A stretch of 64,000 bases of DNA from Woeseiaceae bacterium (GCA_030066735.1 JASJBB010000008.1:826-64825); one strand, 5' to 3'. Positions 9,762 through 18,353 are shown, numbered from the stretch's first letter. Numbers and translations: made by a program. Notes: generated from the letters alone by a model not told the origin.

Positions 9762-11706
9762 CCATGAGCATGTCGTCCGACAGCCGCCGCACGGTGCCGG
9801 TCATGCGCCAATGGAATATCGCTTCCGCGGCCAGCACGCGCTTCACGTAGCCGCGCGTTTCGTTGAACGGAATGTTCTCTATCCAGATGCGCGGGTCGAC
9901 GTGGCCGGCCCGGGGCAGCCACCGGTCCACGCGATGCGGTCCCGCATTGTAAGCCGCGGTCGCGAGTATCCGGTTGCCGCCGTAGCGCTCGGCCATCTGC
10001 CCGAGATAGGACGTGCCAAGCCGAATGTTCTTGTCCGGGTCCGTTAGCGTCGCGAGCCCGGCGTAGGGCAGGCTGATCTCGCGCGCGACCGACTTGCCGG
10101 TCGCGGGCATCAGCTGCATGAGACCGATGGCCCCGGCACGCGACCGCACGTCGCGCATGAACAGGCTCTCGCTGCGCGCAACGCCGTAAGCCCAGGTCGG
10201 TGAAATGCTGGCCATGGCGGAATGGTCACGAAACGTGTCCGCCCAGGGCAGCGGATAGCGCAGCGACAGGTCGTCGTAGTCGCCGACGCTGGCCGCGGCG
10301 GCGATGGCGCGTGAGTGCCAGCCCCAGCGGTGCGCCAGGATGGCCGCCTGCATCTTGTCGCCGGTATCGAAATAGCGCACGACCGCATCCCACTCGGAGC
10401 GGCCGCGACTGTCGAGCCCGACCCGGAATAATTCCCGCGCCCTGACCAGGTCATCGCGGCCGGCCAGTTCGGCCAGGCGCGTCTCGTCCGCCGCAAACGC
10501 GTCGTCCTGCAGGACATACGGTTCGCCCAGTTCGTCGGCGGCGAGAAAGCCGTAATAGCTGCGCTCGGTGGCCAGGCCGGCCAGCATGGCATCGCCCTCG
10601 TCGATGCGATTGACGTGCCGCAGCGCGATGCCGTACCAGTAGCGCCATTCCTCGACGCCTTTTTCACGAGGGGCCATGGCCTCGATGTCGGCGAGCAGGT
10701 TGGCCCAGTGATTGCCACGCAGGCTGATTCGCGCGCGCCACCTGAGAACCTCGTCGTTCTGCGCCGCGACCGGCAGCGCGGCGAGAAGTTCGTAAGCGCC
10801 GGGCAGATTGTCCCGCGCCGTCCACAAAGCGATGTGGCGCGCCGTGCGCAGTTCCTGTTCAGCCGCGAACCGGTTGCCTTTCGACATCTCGGTCCAGATC
10901 TCGAGCGCCACCGCCGGGTCGTCGTAGGTGATGCGTTCGATGGCATAGACCAGTTGCGCCCGCGTCGCCTCGTCGTTGGCCCACTTCCGGTAATTGCGGG
11001 CGAAGGACTCCGGGCTACGCTGGGCTTTGACCCACTGGCTGGCAGTGTCGATGTGCTGCTGGTCTATCGACTTGCCGAGCCATCGCGCGATCGTGAACTC
11101 GCGCGCGTCTACGGCGAGTTCGAAACGCTTCATGTAGTCGACGATGTCGAGGTGATTGTTGTCCTCGAGGAATTCGAAGACGGGGTCGCATTCGTCGACC
11201 TGGCTCTCGCCGACAGTCCACAAATCGATGGCCCGGTGAACGACCCGCGCGTCCCTGCCGGCATCGAGTTCAGCCTGCAGTGCGAGGCAGTCCAGCTTCG
11301 CCACGTCGAGCCCCTGGTAGTACTGCTCGTAGATCGCCAGGTACTTGCCGAGGTGGCCGATTCTGGCGAGGTGCAGCGCATAGCGGTAGCGCAGGTCGCG
11401 TGCCGGCTTGAGGATGCCGTTGTCATCGAGAAACGACTCGATGTCGCCGTGGTCGGCATTGCCGAGCTTCGCCCGGAACCAGGCAGCACGCAGATCCGGG
11501 TACAGAACGTACTCTTCCAGCGACTGTCTGTCGTCGCTGCCGAGCGCCTCGACGACGGCCCAGTTGCCCCGCTCGACGTCCGGGTAGACCTGCTTGAACA
11601 AAGCACGCTGCGCATCGGTGGCCGTGGCGGCGAACGCGACCGTGCCGCTCAGCAGGAGCAGCACGATCACTACGACCGGAGCAGCTGTGTTTCGCGTCAG
11701 AGGCAT
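9721..11706 (-). CDS. slt: soluble lytic murein transglycosylase (Slt70-like)
   Basis: Signal peptide; long superhelical repeat region; C-terminal SLT domain (ARSESLFMRDVRSRAGAIGLMQLMPATG...AAYNAGP). Confidence 0.87.
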   Translation of the reverse strand: MPLTRNTAAPVVVIVLLLLSGTVAFAATATDAQRALFKQVYPDVERGNWAVVEALGSDDRQSLEEYVLYPDLRAAWFRAKLGNADHGDIESFLDDNGILKPARDLRYRYALHLARIGHLGKYLAIYEQYYQGLDVAKLDCLALQAELDAGRDARVVHRAIDLWTVGESQVDECDPVFEFLEDNNHLDIVDYMKRFELAVDAREFTIARWLGKSIDQQHIDTASQWVKAQRSPESFARNYRKWANDEATRAQLVYAIERITYDDPAVALEIWTEMSKGNRFAAEQELRTARHIALWTARDNLPGAYELLAALPVAAQNDEVLRWRARISLRGNHWANLLADIEAMAPREKGVEEWRYWYGIALRHVNRIDEGDAMLAGLATERSYYGFLAADELGEPYVLQDDAFAADETRLAELAGRDDLVRARELFRVGLDSRGRSEWDAVVRYFDTGDKMQAAILAHRWGWHSRAIAAAASVGDYDDLSLRYPLPWADTFRDHSAMASISPTWAYGVARSESLFMRDVRSRAGAIGLMQLMPATGKSVAREISLPYAGLATLTDPDKNIRLGTSYLGQMAERYGGNRILATAAYNAGPHRVDRWLPRAGHVDPRIWIENIPFNETRGYVKRVLAAEAIFHWRMTGTVRRLSDDMLMVSADSKTQKVARN

Positions 11707-11739
11707 CGCCAGAAACAGGAGCTATAAACGCTCCCGATT

Positions 11740-13089
11740 CTAGCGTATCTGCAGCATCAGCGAACGATCGCCTCGTTCAACGCGCAGGAACAGGATGCGG
11801 TTGCCGACGGCAACCTCACGGAACTGCGCGAGATTGCGCACACCGCGGCGATTGACCTGGGTGACAACGTCGCCGTCACGAAGCCCCCGCTGCGCCGCGG
11901 GACTGCCGCCGACGATGGCCGTGATCTCGACGCCGGCCTCAGTGCCGTTGGCGGCCCGGTAGGTTGCCAGCTGGGCGCCCGTGAGTCCGGGGTGGATGTC
12001 GGCGCCCGCTGCTGCCGCGACATCGGCGCGACCCAGCTTGGCCGTCGTCGAGCGCGTCTCGCCGTCCCGGATATAACGAATGTCCACACTCTCGCCGGAA
12101 CCTTTCAGGCCAATGGCGTTGCGTAGCTCGGTCGCATTCGAAATCTTTTCGTCGTTGACCGCGATGATGATGTCATCGACTCTCAGACCCGAGTCTTCGG
12201 CCGCCGAGCCCGGAACAATCTCGGTGATCAACGCCCCGCGGTCGACGCTTGCGTTAAGCGCCTCGGCGATCTCGGCGTCGATGCCCTGGATAGTCACGCC
12301 GAGCAGACCGCGGCGCACCTCGCCGAAGTCGAGTATCTGGCGCATGATCGAGCCCGCGATCTCGGTCGGCACCGCGAAGCCGATGCCGACGTTGCCGCCG
12401 GTGCGGCTGATGATGGCCGAGTTGATGCCGACGAGTTCGCCGTTCATGTTCACGAGGGCGCCGCCCGAGTTGCCCGGGTTGATCGATGCGTCCGTTTGAA
12501 TGAACGCTTCGTAGCCGTTCGGGTTGATGCCCGCGCGGCCCAGCGCGCTGACGATGCCCGAGGTCACCGTGTGCCCGAGCCCGAACGGGTTGCCGATCGC
12601 GAGCACGAAGTCGCCGACGCGCACGTCTTCGGAATTACCGATCGGCATCTCGGTGAGGTCATCGGCTGCGACGCGAATCAGCGCAATGTCGGTGGCGGGA
12701 TCCGAGCCGACCACTTCAGCATCCAGTTCCCCGCCGTCCATCAGGGAGACCCGGATTTCGTCGGCGTCGGCGACAACATGGTGATTGGTGAGGATGTAGC
12801 CCTGCTCGGCGTCGACGATGACGCCGGAACCGGCGCTCGCTACCTGGCGCGAGCCGCCCGGGGCGTTTTGTCCGCCGAAGAACTGCCAGAACGGATCGTC
12901 CGCGAACGGACTGCGCTGCTGGACGGTCTGGCTGACACGAATATTGACGACGGCCGGCGAGACCCGCTCCACGAGTGGCGCCAGGCTCGGAACGGCCTGA
13001 CCTTCCACCACAGCGGGCATCTGGGCGCCGGCAGCCAGGGAAAAGCTGAGAAGAATACCTGCCGTCAGCAGGCGGTAACTCGAAATCAT
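11740..13089 (-). CDS. Do/DegQ-family periplasmic serine endopeptidase with two PDZ domains
   Basis: TNHHVV, DIALIRV and GNSGGALV form the trypsin-like catalytic triad context; two PDZ-like regions follow. Start chosen at 13089 (MISSYRLL..., GAGG 6 nt upstream). In-frame alternatives are at 13101 and 13137. Confidence 0.86.
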   Translation of the reverse strand: MISSYRLLTAGILLSFSLAAGAQMPAVVEGQAVPSLAPLVERVSPAVVNIRVSQTVQQRSPFADDPFWQFFGGQNAPGGSRQVASAGSGVIVDAEQGYILTNHHVVADADEIRVSLMDGGELDAEVVGSDPATDIALIRVAADDLTEMPIGNSEDVRVGDFVLAIGNPFGLGHTVTSGIVSALGRAGINPNGYEAFIQTDASINPGNSGGALVNMNGELVGINSAIISRTGGNVGIGFAVPTEIAGSIMRQILDFGEVRRGLLGVTIQGIDAEIAEALNASVDRGALITEIVPGSAAEDSGLRVDDIIIAVNDEKISNATELRNAIGLKGSGESVDIRYIRDGETRSTTAKLGRADVAAAAGADIHPGLTGAQLATYRAANGTEAGVEITAIVGGSPAAQRGLRDGDVVTQVNRRGVRNLAQFREVAVGNRILFLRVERGDRSLMLQIR

Positions 13090-13140
13090 GCGTTGCCTCA
13101 TAACACTGTCTGACCGTTCCGGTGGGGGCCGGTTCATTTA

Positions 13141-13182
13141 AGCAAAGATGCCCGGCTGCAACAAAGCGTTGCAGCCGGGCAT
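13141..13182 (-). terminator. rho-independent terminator downstream of hsp20
   Basis: Perfect 15-bp stem, atgcccggctgcaac (13148-13162) paired with gttgcagccgggcat (13168-13182), 5-nt loop. On the minus strand it is followed by CTTTGCTTAAAT. It starts 15 nt after the hsp20 stop. Confidence 0.75.
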
Positions 13183-13196
13183 CGGTAGTGGGGCAA

Positions 13197-13640
13197 TCAG
13201 GCGGCCTCGACCGTAATCCGGCGCGGCTGTACTTCCGGCTGCTTCGGAATCGAGACTTCGAGGATGCCGTTGGCGTTCCTGGCCGCGATGCCTTCCGCGT
13301 CCGCCGTTTCCGGCAGCGTGAAGCGGCGGTAGAACTTGCCGCTGACGCGCTCGAAGCGCTTCACGCCCTCGGCGTCTTCGTGCTTCTCGGTGTGGCGCTC
13401 GCCGGAAATCGTCAGGATGCCGTCTTCCATGCTGACATCAATGTCTTCGCGGGCAACGCCCGGCACATCGGCGCGCAGGATAAAGCGGTCTTTTTCTTCC
13501 ACGATATCCACGGCAGGGGCCCAGTCAGAAACCGGGGTTTCAAGGTCCGTGCGGCCCAGGCGGCGTCCGGGGAGGCGGTTGAAATCGCGCTGCACAAGGT
13601 CGGCGAAGGACCACGGGTCAAAACGTACAAGGTTCATCAT
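13197..13640 (-). CDS. Hsp20/alpha-crystallin small heat-shock protein (IbpA-like)
   Basis: MMNLVRFDPW...WAPAVDIVEEKDRFILRADVPGV...GILTISGER...GILEVSIPK is an alpha-crystallin domain. AGGAG lies 7 nt upstream of the ATG at 13640. The longer ORF to 13781 is discarded. Confidence 0.9.
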   Translation of the reverse strand: MMNLVRFDPWSFADLVQRDFNRLPGRRLGRTDLETPVSDWAPAVDIVEEKDRFILRADVPGVAREDIDVSMEDGILTISGERHTEKHEDAEGVKRFERVSGKFYRRFTLPETADAEGIAARNANGILEVSIPKQPEVQPRRITVEAA

Positions 13641-13705
13641 TTTCTCCTGACAAGTGTTGGACGGGGCTCGAAAATCAGGACCCGTCAAAAAGCTCATGTC
13701 GGGAA

Positions 13706-13733
13706 AAATGGGGCCTCGAACCGGCAATTCAAG
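13706..13733 (-). promoter_or_regulatory. sigma32 (RpoH) heat-shock promoter for hsp20
   Basis: The minus strand reads CTTGAAT-tgccggttcgagg-CCCCATTT. This matches the CTTGAAA-N13/14-CCCCATNT consensus with a 13-nt spacer, about 65 nt upstream of the hsp20 ATG. Confidence 0.75.
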
Positions 13734-13802
13734 TCGCCGGTCGGAGCATCTGCGGAGCCCCATATATGGCCTTTTTTTCACGTAATTGACGTCGCCTGTC
13801 AG

Positions 13803-13818
13803 ACACTATATGTAGTGG
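13803..13818. promoter_or_regulatory. NrdR-box-like 16-mer (distal)
   Basis: ACACTATATGTAGTGG resembles the NrdR operator consensus acaCwAtATaTwGtgt. It overlaps a possible -10 (TATATG/TATGTA) that follows TTGACG at 13786-13791. Confidence 0.45.
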
Positions 13819-13939
13819 ATACAATCTTTCACAAAAGTGTCATTTTTTTTCTCAGGTTTTTAAAGCACTTACTTCGGATAAATCTGTAACCAATTGTTTA
13901 TAAATATAAAAAAGCTAAAGAAGAATTTCTGACAAAACC

Positions 13940-13968
13940 TTGACAGGGGCTCGCAACGGGCATAATCT
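13940..13968 (+). promoter_or_regulatory. sigma70-type promoter for nrdJ
   Basis: TTGACA (13940-13945), then CATAAT/TAATCT at 13961-13968 with 15-17 nt spacing, inside a strongly AT-rich spacer. Confidence 0.6.
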
Positions 13969-13979
13969 ACTCAACGTTC

Positions 13980-13999
13980 GGACACAACATCTTGTGTCC
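13980..13999. promoter_or_regulatory. NrdR-box-like palindrome at the predicted nrdJ transcription start
   Basis: GGACACAAcatcTTGTGTCC has perfect 8-bp inverted arms. The core ACACAACATCTTGTGT fits ACAC-N8-GTGT and begins 12 nt after the putative -10. Confidence 0.55.
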
Positions 14000-14167
14000 A
14001 ATCACGAAGGGAAAAGAGGCCAATTCTGGCACTCGCCGCTGCAAAACGCACGCGCGGTGAGCAGGTCGCTGTTCCCTGGGAAAATGAGTTCAACAATAAC
14101 GATTGGCCTCCACTTTTGGGGAATATCGGGGTCTCCATGACGGAGAAAAAGGGGAGTATCTAGACCA

Positions 14168-16324
14168 ATGAAGTCCGCCGTTCATATGGAAGCGCATACG
14201 GTCACCGACATCGAGTTCCAGGCTGCATCGATCGATATTTGGGATGCGAAGTATCGCCTTGCCGCCAAAGACGGAAGCAAAATTGACGAGACGATCGACG
14301 ACACCTACAAGCGTGTCGCCAGGGCGCTCGCCAGCGTCGAGCTCGAGTCGAAGCGGGAGCAGTTCCGCGAGGAGTTCCTCTGGGCATTGCGCAGTGGCGC
14401 GATCCCGGCGGGCCGCATCATGTCCAATGCCGGCGCCCAGGAGCACAAGCCGGCTACATCGACGATCAACTGCACGGTGTCGGGCACGGTCGGCGACTCG
14501 ATGGACAACATCCTCAACAAGGTCCACGAGGCCGGGCTGACGCTGAAGGCCGGCTGTGGCATCGGCTACGAGTTCTCGACCCTGCGGCCCAAGGGCGCAT
14601 ACGTCAGCGGCGCAGGCGCTTACACATCGGGTCCGCTGTCCTTCATGGATATTTACGACAAGATGTGTTTCACGGTGTCTTCGGCCGGGGGCCGCCGCGG
14701 CGCACAGATGGGCACCTTCGACGTTGGCCATCCGGACGTGATGGAGTTCATCCGCGCCAAGCGCGAGGACGGGCGGTTGCGTCAGTTCAACCTGTCACTG
14801 CTCGTCACGGACGAGTTCATGCAAGCCGTCATCAATGAGACCGACTGGCACCTCGCGTTCCCGGTTACGCAAAAAGAGGTCGAGGACGAGGGCCTGGATC
14901 TGGGCGATGACAGCCAGTTTGTCTGGCGCGAATGGCCGGAACCGGGCAACTACGTGTCGGACAAGCGCGGCCTCGTCGCCTGCAAGATCTACAAGACGCT
15001 GCCGGCGCGCCGTGTCTGGGACCTGATCATGGCGTCCACCTACGATTTCGCCGAGCCCGGGTTCGTGTTGATCGACAAGGTCAACGAGATGAACAACAAC
15101 TGGTTCGACGAGAACATCCGCGCGACCAACCCTTGCGGCGAGCAGCCATTGCCGCCGTACGGTTCGTGCCTGCTGGGCTCGGTCAACCTGACGCGGTTTG
15201 TCGTCGACCCGTTCACGGAGCAGGCGCGGTTCGACTGGGAGGCATTCCGCAAGGTCGTCAAGACGTTTACGCGCATGCTCGACAACGTCGTCGAAATCAA
15301 CGGCCTGCCACTGCCGCAGCAGCGCAATGAGATTCTGCGCAAGCGCCGTCATGGCATGGGTTTCCTGGGCCTGGGTTCGACGACCACGATGTTGCGCATG
15401 AAGTACGGCGAGCCCGACGCCGTGGAGTTCACCGAAACCGTGGCGCGCGAGCTCGCGCTGGCGGGCTGGGAAGAAGCGCTGGAACTGGCCGAAGAAAAGG
15501 GCCCGGCGCCGATCATGAACGAACAGTTCGAAGTGACCGACGAAATGCTGCGCAAGCGCCCCGAGATGGTGGCGGATGGCTACCAGGTGGGCGACAAGGT
15601 GCCTGGCCGTATCCTGCATGCGCGCTACAGCCGCTACATGCAGCGCGTCGCGAGCGAACAGCCTGAACTCGTCGAGAAGCTCGCCGAAGTGGGTGCGCGC
15701 TTTACGCACCACAGTTCGATCGCGCCTACGGGCACCATTTCGCTGTCGCTGGCTAACAATGCCAGCAACGGCATCGAGCCGAGCTTCGCGCATCACTACT
15801 TCAGGAACGTCATCCGGCAGGGCAAGAAGACGAAGGAAAAAGTCGATGTCTACTCGTTCGAACTGCTGGCGTACCGCGAGCTGATCAACGAGAACGCGAT
15901 GCCGGCCGGTGCGGGAGACGACGACGCTGCGACGAATCTGCCGGATTACTTCATCACGGCCGAAGACATTTCGCCCACGGCGCACGTCGATATCCAGGCG
16001 GCGGCGCAGAAGTGGATCGATTCGTCGATCTCGAAGACGGCCAATGTCCCGACCGACTATCCCTACGGCGACTTCAAGGACATTTACCTGTATGCCTACG
16101 AACAGGGCCTGAAAGGCTGTACGACGTTCCGCTTCAATCCGGAGGCGTTCCAGGGCGTTCTGGTCAAGGAGAAGGACCTCAAGAACACGACGTACACGTT
16201 CGAACTGGATGATGGGTCAACGGTCGAATTGAGAGGCGACGAAGAAATCGAGTACGACGGCGAAGTGCATACGGCCGCCAACCTGTTCGACGCCCTCAAG
16301 GAAGGCTACTACGGAAAATTCTGA
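14168..16324 (+). CDS. nrdJ: adenosylcobalamin-dependent (class II) ribonucleotide reductase, large N-terminal fragment NrdJa
   Basis: The 718-aa product has RNR core motifs (NCTVSG, NPCGEQPLPPYGSCLLGSVNL, SSIAPTGTISL, SKTANVP). It stops 4 nt before nrdJb. Confidence 0.9.
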   Translation: MKSAVHMEAHTVTDIEFQAASIDIWDAKYRLAAKDGSKIDETIDDTYKRVARALASVELESKREQFREEFLWALRSGAIPAGRIMSNAGAQEHKPATSTINCTVSGTVGDSMDNILNKVHEAGLTLKAGCGIGYEFSTLRPKGAYVSGAGAYTSGPLSFMDIYDKMCFTVSSAGGRRGAQMGTFDVGHPDVMEFIRAKREDGRLRQFNLSLLVTDEFMQAVINETDWHLAFPVTQKEVEDEGLDLGDDSQFVWREWPEPGNYVSDKRGLVACKIYKTLPARRVWDLIMASTYDFAEPGFVLIDKVNEMNNNWFDENIRATNPCGEQPLPPYGSCLLGSVNLTRFVVDPFTEQARFDWEAFRKVVKTFTRMLDNVVEINGLPLPQQRNEILRKRRHGMGFLGLGSTTTMLRMKYGEPDAVEFTETVARELALAGWEEALELAEEKGPAPIMNEQFEVTDEMLRKRPEMVADGYQVGDKVPGRILHARYSRYMQRVASEQPELVEKLAEVGARFTHHSSIAPTGTISLSLANNASNGIEPSFAHHYFRNVIRQGKKTKEKVDVYSFELLAYRELINENAMPAGAGDDDAATNLPDYFITAEDISPTAHVDIQAAAQKWIDSSISKTANVPTDYPYGDFKDIYLYAYEQGLKGCTTFRFNPEAFQGVLVKEKDLKNTTYTFELDDGSTVELRGDEEIEYDGEVHTAANLFDALKEGYYGKF

Positions 16325-16328
16325 GCGA

Positions 16329-17039
16329 ATGATGATCAAAATAGACAAGAAAATCGTCGGCTATGCGGTCGCGCAGCCGGACACCGAAGAGAAAGAAGCG
16401 CGCCCTGACTTCAAGCGCGAGAGTGGCGGCGGCGACAGGGCCGAAGTCATCCGCATGCATGAGAAGCTCGAGCGTCCCGAGATGCTCGTGGGCTCGACGT
16501 ACAAGGTCAAGACGCCGGTATCGGACCACGCGATGTATGTCACGATCAACGACATCATCCTGAACCAGGGCACGGAGCATGAAAAGCGCCGGCCGTTCGA
16601 GATCTTCATCAATTCGAAGAACCTCGATCACTACCAGTGGATCGTGGCGTTGACGCGCATCATTTCCGCCGTATTTCGCAAGGGCGGCGACGTGGCGTTC
16701 CTCGTCGACGAGCTCAAGGCCGTGTTCGATCCGCGTGGCGGCTACTGGCAGTCGGGCGGCAGGTTCATGCCGTCGATCATCGCCGAACTCGGGTATATCG
16801 TCGAGAAGCACCTGATCTCGATTGGCATGATGTCCCAGCCGGATCTCGACGACGAGCAGAAAAAGCTGATCGCCGAGAAGCGCGCCGAGTACGAGGAGGG
16901 CCACAAGCAACAGGACGCGTTCTCGGAAAGCGAATACCCGGAAGGCGCCCAGCTGTGCACCAAGTGCAACACGGCGGCGGTCATCATGATGGACGGCTGC
17001 ATGACCTGCCTGTCTTGCGGCGATTCCAAATGCGGTTGA
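16329..17039 (+). CDS. nrdJ: class II ribonucleotide reductase C-terminal fragment NrdJb
   Basis: The 236-aa product contains ...RPFEIFINSKNLDHYQWIVALTRIISAVFRKGGD... and a Cys-rich tail, CTKCNTAAVIMMDGCMTCLSCGDSKCG. Layout matches the split NrdJa/NrdJb known from Pseudomonas aeruginosa. Confidence 0.82.
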   Translation: MMIKIDKKIVGYAVAQPDTEEKEARPDFKRESGGGDRAEVIRMHEKLERPEMLVGSTYKVKTPVSDHAMYVTINDIILNQGTEHEKRRPFEIFINSKNLDHYQWIVALTRIISAVFRKGGDVAFLVDELKAVFDPRGGYWQSGGRFMPSIIAELGYIVEKHLISIGMMSQPDLDDEQKKLIAEKRAEYEEGHKQQDAFSESEYPEGAQLCTKCNTAAVIMMDGCMTCLSCGDSKCG

Positions 17040-17072
17040 CCGGGAGCTGACAGCGCTCGTTCGGACGCACGC

Positions 17073-18347
17073 GTGCGCGTTTTCTACAACCTGCTCATTT
17101 ACCTGTTGCAGATTCCTGCAATGGCGTACTGGTTCGTACGTGCCCTGGCTAACCGCAGTTACCGTGACCGCGTTGGCCAGCGCTTCGGCATCGGCTACCC
17201 CCAGCTCGAAAAATGTATCTGGATACACGCCGTGTCGGTCGGCGAGGTGCAGGCCGCGGTGCCCCTGGTTCGCGCAATCCAGAAGCGCTTTCCCGATCAC
17301 CACACGCTGATTACAACGGTTACGCCGACCGGCGCTGCGCGCGTCGTGGCCAACTTTGGCGACTCGGTCACTCACTGCTACATCCCGTTCGAGATGCCGC
17401 TGGCCGTGGATCGATTTTTCGCGAGCGTCAATCCCGAGCTGGCGCTGATCATGGAGACCGAGATCTGGCCGAACCTCTACCAGGGCTGCGGGATCCGCGA
17501 TATTCCGCTGGTGCTCGTCAGTGCGCGAATTTCACCGAAGTCGGTGGACAAGTACCGCAAACTGCTGCCGCTGTTTCGCGAAACCCTGTCCCACGGCATC
17601 ATCATCGCCGCGCAGAGCGAGGCCGACGCGGAACGCTTCCGGTCGCTGGGCGCCAGCCCCGTGCGTACGTGGGTCACCGGCAACATCAAGTTCGACATCG
17701 AACTGCCGCCCGAGCTCGCCGACAGGGGCAAGGAATTTCGGCAGAGCTATTTCGGCGAGCGCCCGGTCTGGGTGGCGGCCAGCACCCACGACCAGGAAGA
17801 GCAGCAGGTCCTGGCGGCGCATCGCGCGTTGCTGGAACGCTTTCCCGACTTGCTGCTCGTGCTCGTGCCGCGCCACCCGGAACGTTTCCCGGTCGTCGCC
17901 GACCTGATCGACAAGCGTGGGTTCGACAGAGTTTCGCGAACCGAGGAGCGCCCCTGCGATCCTGGCACCAGCGTCTTTTTCGGCGACACGATGGGCGAGG
18001 TGCCGATGTTCTACGCGGCCAGCGACCTCGCGTTCGTCGGCGGCAGCCTGGTGCCGATTGGCGGGCACAACCTGCTGGAGCCGGCCGCGCTTGGCCTGCC
18101 GCTCGTCAGCGGGCCGCATGTCTACAACGCGCAAGAGATTTCAGACCTGTTCATCGGTCTGGGCGCGTGCCATATCGTCGAGGATGCCGCGGGACTCGCC
18201 GCCGCGGTGACGGAGTTGCTGGAAGACCCGGCGGCCGCCGCGGAGCAGGGCGGCAGGGGTCGCGACATCGTGCAGCAGAACCGCGGCGCGCTGGCGCGCC
18301 TGCTCAAACTGCTGGAACCCCTTCTCGAGGTACGCCGGGACTCCTGA
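17073..18347 (+). CDS. waaA: 3-deoxy-D-manno-octulosonic acid (Kdo) transferase
   Basis: IWIHAVSVGEVQAAVPLVRAI...TTVTPTGA...ETEIWPNL...GGSLVPIGGHNLLEPAA are WaaA/KdtA signatures. GTG start. Confidence 0.9.
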   Translation: MRVFYNLLIYLLQIPAMAYWFVRALANRSYRDRVGQRFGIGYPQLEKCIWIHAVSVGEVQAAVPLVRAIQKRFPDHHTLITTVTPTGAARVVANFGDSVTHCYIPFEMPLAVDRFFASVNPELALIMETEIWPNLYQGCGIRDIPLVLVSARISPKSVDKYRKLLPLFRETLSHGIIIAAQSEADAERFRSLGASPVRTWVTGNIKFDIELPPELADRGKEFRQSYFGERPVWVAASTHDQEEQQVLAAHRALLERFPDLLLVLVPRHPERFPVVADLIDKRGFDRVSRTEERPCDPGTSVFFGDTMGEVPMFYAASDLAFVGGSLVPIGGHNLLEPAALGLPLVSGPHVYNAQEISDLFIGLGACHIVEDAAGLAAAVTELLEDPAAAAEQGGRGRDIVQQNRGALARLLKLLEPLLEVRRDS

Positions 18348-18353
18348 GCCGGG

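Noticed and set aside
13122-13889. A 255-aa plus-strand ORF covering the hsp20 locus and part of the AT-rich spacer.
   Set aside because: It is antisense to a clear alpha-crystallin gene and runs through promoter and terminator elements. It has no motifs.
14000-14130. Possible cobalamin riboswitch in the nrdJ leader, based on GGGAA...GGCCAAUUCUGGCAC...CGCCGCUGCAA resemblance to the core.
   Set aside because: I found no B12 box (AGxCAGGAGACCUGCC-like), and the helices I can draw do not reproduce the cobalamin four-way junction. Riboswitch repression of a B12-dependent RNR would also be physiologically odd. It is kept only as a generic structured-leader finding pending a covariance-model search.
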